Positions 61,375 through 64,000 of a DNA stretch of 64,000 bases are shown here, one piece after another (the first letter of the stretch is position 1; each line of letters starts with the position of its first letter). The DNA lies in contig CAWJLW010000006.1 of NCBI GenBank assembly GCA_963843795.1, positions 2,988,375-3,052,374 on the forward strand, in the 5' to 3' direction. Origin of the DNA: an uncultured bacterium. Lineage in GTDB: Bacteria; Armatimonadota; Abditibacteriia; Abditibacteriales; Abditibacteriaceae. The position numbers and the translations under genes were made by a program. The notes under the pieces were generated by a model. The model was not told the origin of the DNA and made no database searches. It saw only the letters and a list, made by a program, of their open reading frames with translations.

Positions 61375-62255
61375 ACTTTTTCTCCAATGCCTTCCAAACC
61401 GAGCGCGCCCCAGTCAATTTCGTCGATTGAACATTTGGGCAGTTCGCGCCACGCGGTCTGCGCTTCTTCTGGCCCGGCTTCATACTTGAACATTTGCGAC
61501 CAGCGCTTTTTGAACGTGATGCCATTTTTGGTCGTGACGTATTTGAAATTGATGTCGCCACTGCCCGCTGTTGTCGTGTGTTCGAAGTGATACATGTGCG
61601 CTTGCGGCTGCACGCAACAACTCCAGCCAGCTTGACGGGCGCGATAGCAAAAATCTAAATCTTCATATTGCACCGGTGAATAAATTTCGTCGAGCACGCC
61701 AATCTGCTGCACCAGCGCGCGCCGCATCAACCACGCAGCCGAAATTAAGCATTGCACTTCGAACGGTTGCGTCCAATTTTCGCTGGCTTCACCGCGCCCC
61801 AGATATTGAATGCGACCTTGTTTGGAAACGCCGACGCCACAACATTCGATAGCAAAAGGCGACCAGGGAAAGAGCAATTTCGGTGCAACAATTCCACATC
61901 TGTGGTTTTCCGGCAGCGAAAAAAAGCTCAGTAAGCGTTCCAGCCAATCGACTTGGGCCAGTAACATATCGTTGTCCAAAAACCCCAGAAAGTCGCCCTC
62001 GGCAATTTCTAACGCCGCATTGCGTCCTGCCACCGCTCCCACGTTGGAACCGAAATTCAACCGTTTGGTTTGCACATCGTGCGCGTGCGCCAAGCGTTCC
62101 CATTCGTCCAGAACGCGGGGAGTTTCATCCTGCGAACCATTATCGACGTTGATAATTTGCAGCGGACGATAGTTGGAACGGAGCAGCGAATGCAAGCAGG
62201 CGCGCGAATAATGGGCTTTGTTGTGGTGCAGCAGAATTAGCGAAACCGTTGACAT
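61371..62255 (-). CDS. Glycosyltransferase family 2
   Basis: VDNGSQD, N.G...GRN, FLDND, YEDLDFCYR. Confidence 0.9.
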   Translation of the reverse strand: MSTVSLILLHHNKAHYSRACLHSLLRSNYRPLQIINVDNGSQDETPRVLDEWERLAHAHDVQTKRLNFGSNVGAVAGRNAALEIAEGDFLGFLDNDMLLAQVDWLERLLSFFSLPENHRCGIVAPKLLFPWSPFAIECCGVGVSKQGRIQYLGRGEASENWTQPFEVQCLISAAWLMRRALVQQIGVLDEIYSPVQYEDLDFCYRARQAGWSCCVQPQAHMYHFEHTTTAGSGDINFKYVTTKNGITFKKRWSQMFKYEAGPEEAQTAWRELPKCSIDEIDWGALGLEGIGEKV

Positions 62256-62410
62256 AATCGAGAAAAGAATTTTGGTAACCACAGCGCTCTGCAAGTACTT
62301 GCAGCAAGTGCCTGCCAAGCACAAAAATGCTCATCGAACGGTGAAAAGCACAGCGCATCCTACAACAAAAGGCGTAACGGGCACAAACGCAAAATTTGAA
62401 ACACCAACAC

Positions 62411-62443
62411 CAACGCCGCACTGTTAAAAACAGTGCGGCGTTG
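62411..62443 (-). terminator. Hairpin downstream of the repeat-protein gene
   Basis: caacgccgcactgtt-aaa-aacagtgcggcgttg. Confidence 0.65.
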
Positions 62444-62462
62444 AGAAAGCAGACCGAATTGT

Positions 62463-63155
62463 TCAGCTATTGTGCGCAGGTTTGGCAACCGACGAGCTTT
62501 TTTCCTGTTCCATAACGCCTAAGCGTTCGGCCTGCGCTTTTTGTTCGGGAGTGAGGTTGGGGCGGCGTCCACGCTGCATCGTCGGCGGTTTCACGCCCGA
62601 CTGAATTAAAGCGTTGTGCCATGAACCAAAATTTTCGCGACGACGTGCGGCACGATAAATGCCCGGGCAATGCTCTTCGACGGCGGCCCATCCCAATTGA
62701 TGACCTGACTCATTCATTTCTTGAATCGTGCGCTGAATGCGCGCTTTTGTCCACACGCGCGTTTCGCGCATTGTTTCATGATCCAAACCAGCGGCCTGAA
62801 TCGCGCGGCGCCATGAGCCGAAATAACGGTGCGCGCACGCTGCGAGATACAAATTGCGATGTTTCACTTTGAAGCGCGGATTCAACAAATCTTCACCCGC
62901 AGCATGATGCTTGCGAATCTGCTGCAAAATCTCTTCGCGGCTCCATTTTTGCTTGATACGTTTAATACTGTCATATTCCAAGCCTGCTGCCTCAATGGCG
63001 GCGCGCCAGTTGCCGAAATGACTGCGCGAGCGCGCTGATGAAAACAGCGCAGAATGCGTTTGTTGAATAGATGTCGGCGATAAATCGACACCTTTTGCAG
63101 ACAGTTCTTGAATTGTTGAAATCAATTTTTTCCGAGTCCACTTACGTCCGGGCAT
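62463..63155 (-). CDS. Basic protein with three ~64-aa W..FG.W..AI.AAGL repeats (homing-endonuclease-associated-repeat-like, putative DNA binding)
   Basis: AGGAG RBS; KWTRKKL..FGNWRAAIEAAGL / KWSREEI..FGSWRRAIQAAGL / VWTKARI..FGSWHNALIQSGV. Confidence 0.75.
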   Translation of the reverse strand: MPGRKWTRKKLISTIQELSAKGVDLSPTSIQQTHSALFSSARSRSHFGNWRAAIEAAGLEYDSIKRIKQKWSREEILQQIRKHHAAGEDLLNPRFKVKHRNLYLAACAHRYFGSWRRAIQAAGLDHETMRETRVWTKARIQRTIQEMNESGHQLGWAAVEEHCPGIYRAARRRENFGSWHNALIQSGVKPPTMQRGRRPNLTPEQKAQAERLGVMEQEKSSSVAKPAHNS

Positions 63156-63174
63156 GATGTGTTCTCCTAAATTC

Positions 63175-63266
63175 AAGCGGCACAAGGCCGCTCCTTGGGT
63201 CCTAAGAAAGACCTTGTACTTTGGCTTGCAAAACAGCTTATTCGTTAGCGTTATACTTTGCCTCTC
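63175..63266 (-). ncRNA. Possible c-di-GMP-I (GEMM-I)-like leader RNA
   Basis: GGCAAA...GCCAAA GUACAAGG UCU...GCGG CCUUGUGC CG: two-hairpin layout, but no GNRA loop. Confidence 0.3.
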
Positions 63267-63398
63267 CAAACCTAGCATATCGCACTCTTGAGCCTTTGCA
63301 AGTTATCTGCTCTGACTTGATTTTAACTGTCATCTGTCAAAATTACAAATATTTTTTGACTGTTAAATTAGCACATACGAATTAGCACATAAAACAAA

Positions 63399-63439
63399 AA
63401 ACGCGTTCTCAGTAGGGCTTAACTACTGAGAACGCGTTT
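63399..63439 (-). terminator. Intrinsic terminator downstream of hpf
   Basis: aaacgcgttctcagtag-ggcttaa-ctactgagaacgcgttt with T tail on the minus strand. Confidence 0.75.
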
Positions 63440-63499
63440 GAAATTTGAGTGCCGTTGTATCCGAATTGCTTTTGGCTATCAGATCAACTGGCTATTACA

Positions 63500-64000
63500 T
63501 CAATCGGCGATGGGTTCGATAAGCCCGTAACCACCGCTATTGCGGCGATAAACGACGCTAACTTCGTTTTTATCATCGTCACGAAAAACGAAAAAATCGT
63601 GGCCGAGTAAGTCCATTTGCAGCGTGGCTTCCTGAGCCGACATTGGCTTAAGCGAAAAGCGCTTAACGCGCACAACGTGTTCATCATCGGCATTATCGTC
63701 TGCTTCTTCGGTATGCGCGCCATTGCCGTTTCCATTGCTGTTGGCCATTTCGACATCAGGTGCCGCGATGGGGTGCATCACGATTCCAGCGACATCGTCG
63801 CGATTATTGTGACGGCGCTTCACGGCGCGCGCTTTGGTTTTGAAACGATTCAATTGGCGTTGGATTTTATCGATAGCCAGATCGAAAGCCTGACGCAAAT
63901 TGTCGGCGCGCTCTTCGGCGCGCGTGGTAAGCCCGCGCGAAACCAGGGTGACTTCGGCGAAGTAGCGACCGCGCTCTTCGCCAAACCGCACCTCGGCTTG
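63500..64000 (-). CDS. hpf: Ribosome hibernation promoting factor, long form (5' end outside the window)
   Basis: AFDLAIDKIQRQL, VRVKRF.LKPMS..EA.LQMDLLGHDFFVF..VVYRR..G.YGLIEP. Confidence 0.92.
   Translation of the reverse strand, partial: QAEVRFGEERGRYFAEVTLVSRGLTTRAEERADNLRQAFDLAIDKIQRQLNRFKTKARAVKRRHNNRDDVAGIVMHPIAAPDVEMANSNGNGNGAHTEEADDNADDEHVVRVKRFSLKPMSAQEATLQMDLLGHDFFVFRDDDKNEVSVVYRRNSGGYGLIEPIAD

Noticed and set aside
63366..63391. TTAGCAC repeats as a CIRCE/HrcA operator
   Set aside because: They are direct repeats; CIRCE needs the inverted TTAGCACTC-N9-GAGTGCTAA.

Overview
A core-genome chromosomal segment with about 55 genes. The gene content (DUF1559/H-X9-DG pseudopilin, ARC-type proteasome ATPase, McsA/McsB, lineage-style hypothetical proteins) suggests an Armatimonadota/Abditibacteriota-like bacterium; this is inference only. 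Housekeeping genes include coaX, mcsBA, ilvE, arc, murJ, glcF, amtB, egtBD, ftsEX, frr-uppS-(cdsA-like)-dxr-rseP-ispG, folC, rpmB and hpf. I found no rRNA, tRNA, CRISPR array, transposase or integrase. The most striking unexplained signal is a highly iterated palindrome, GCAAGTACTTGC. By eye I counted 48 exact copies of its 10-bp core (about 1 per 1.3 kb). They sit in 34 of about 54 gene junctions and in frame inside 7 genes, and are often extended by copy-specific arms into perfect palindromes of up to 78 bp. Other notable items: a ~1750-aa PA/degenerate-M28/FtsX-type membrane protein paired with an OPT-like transporter; a degenerate CdsA-like gene; a yybP-ykoY Mn riboswitch ahead of a Zn-ribbon gene and a triple-frameshifted terC; a LacI-DUF1559-GH10 module; a Xap/PilHI-like ABC-TPR module next to a glycosyltransferase/ACP/fused-hydrolase locus; and a c-di-GMP-I-like leader. 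All calls come from reading motifs by eye; no database search was run.
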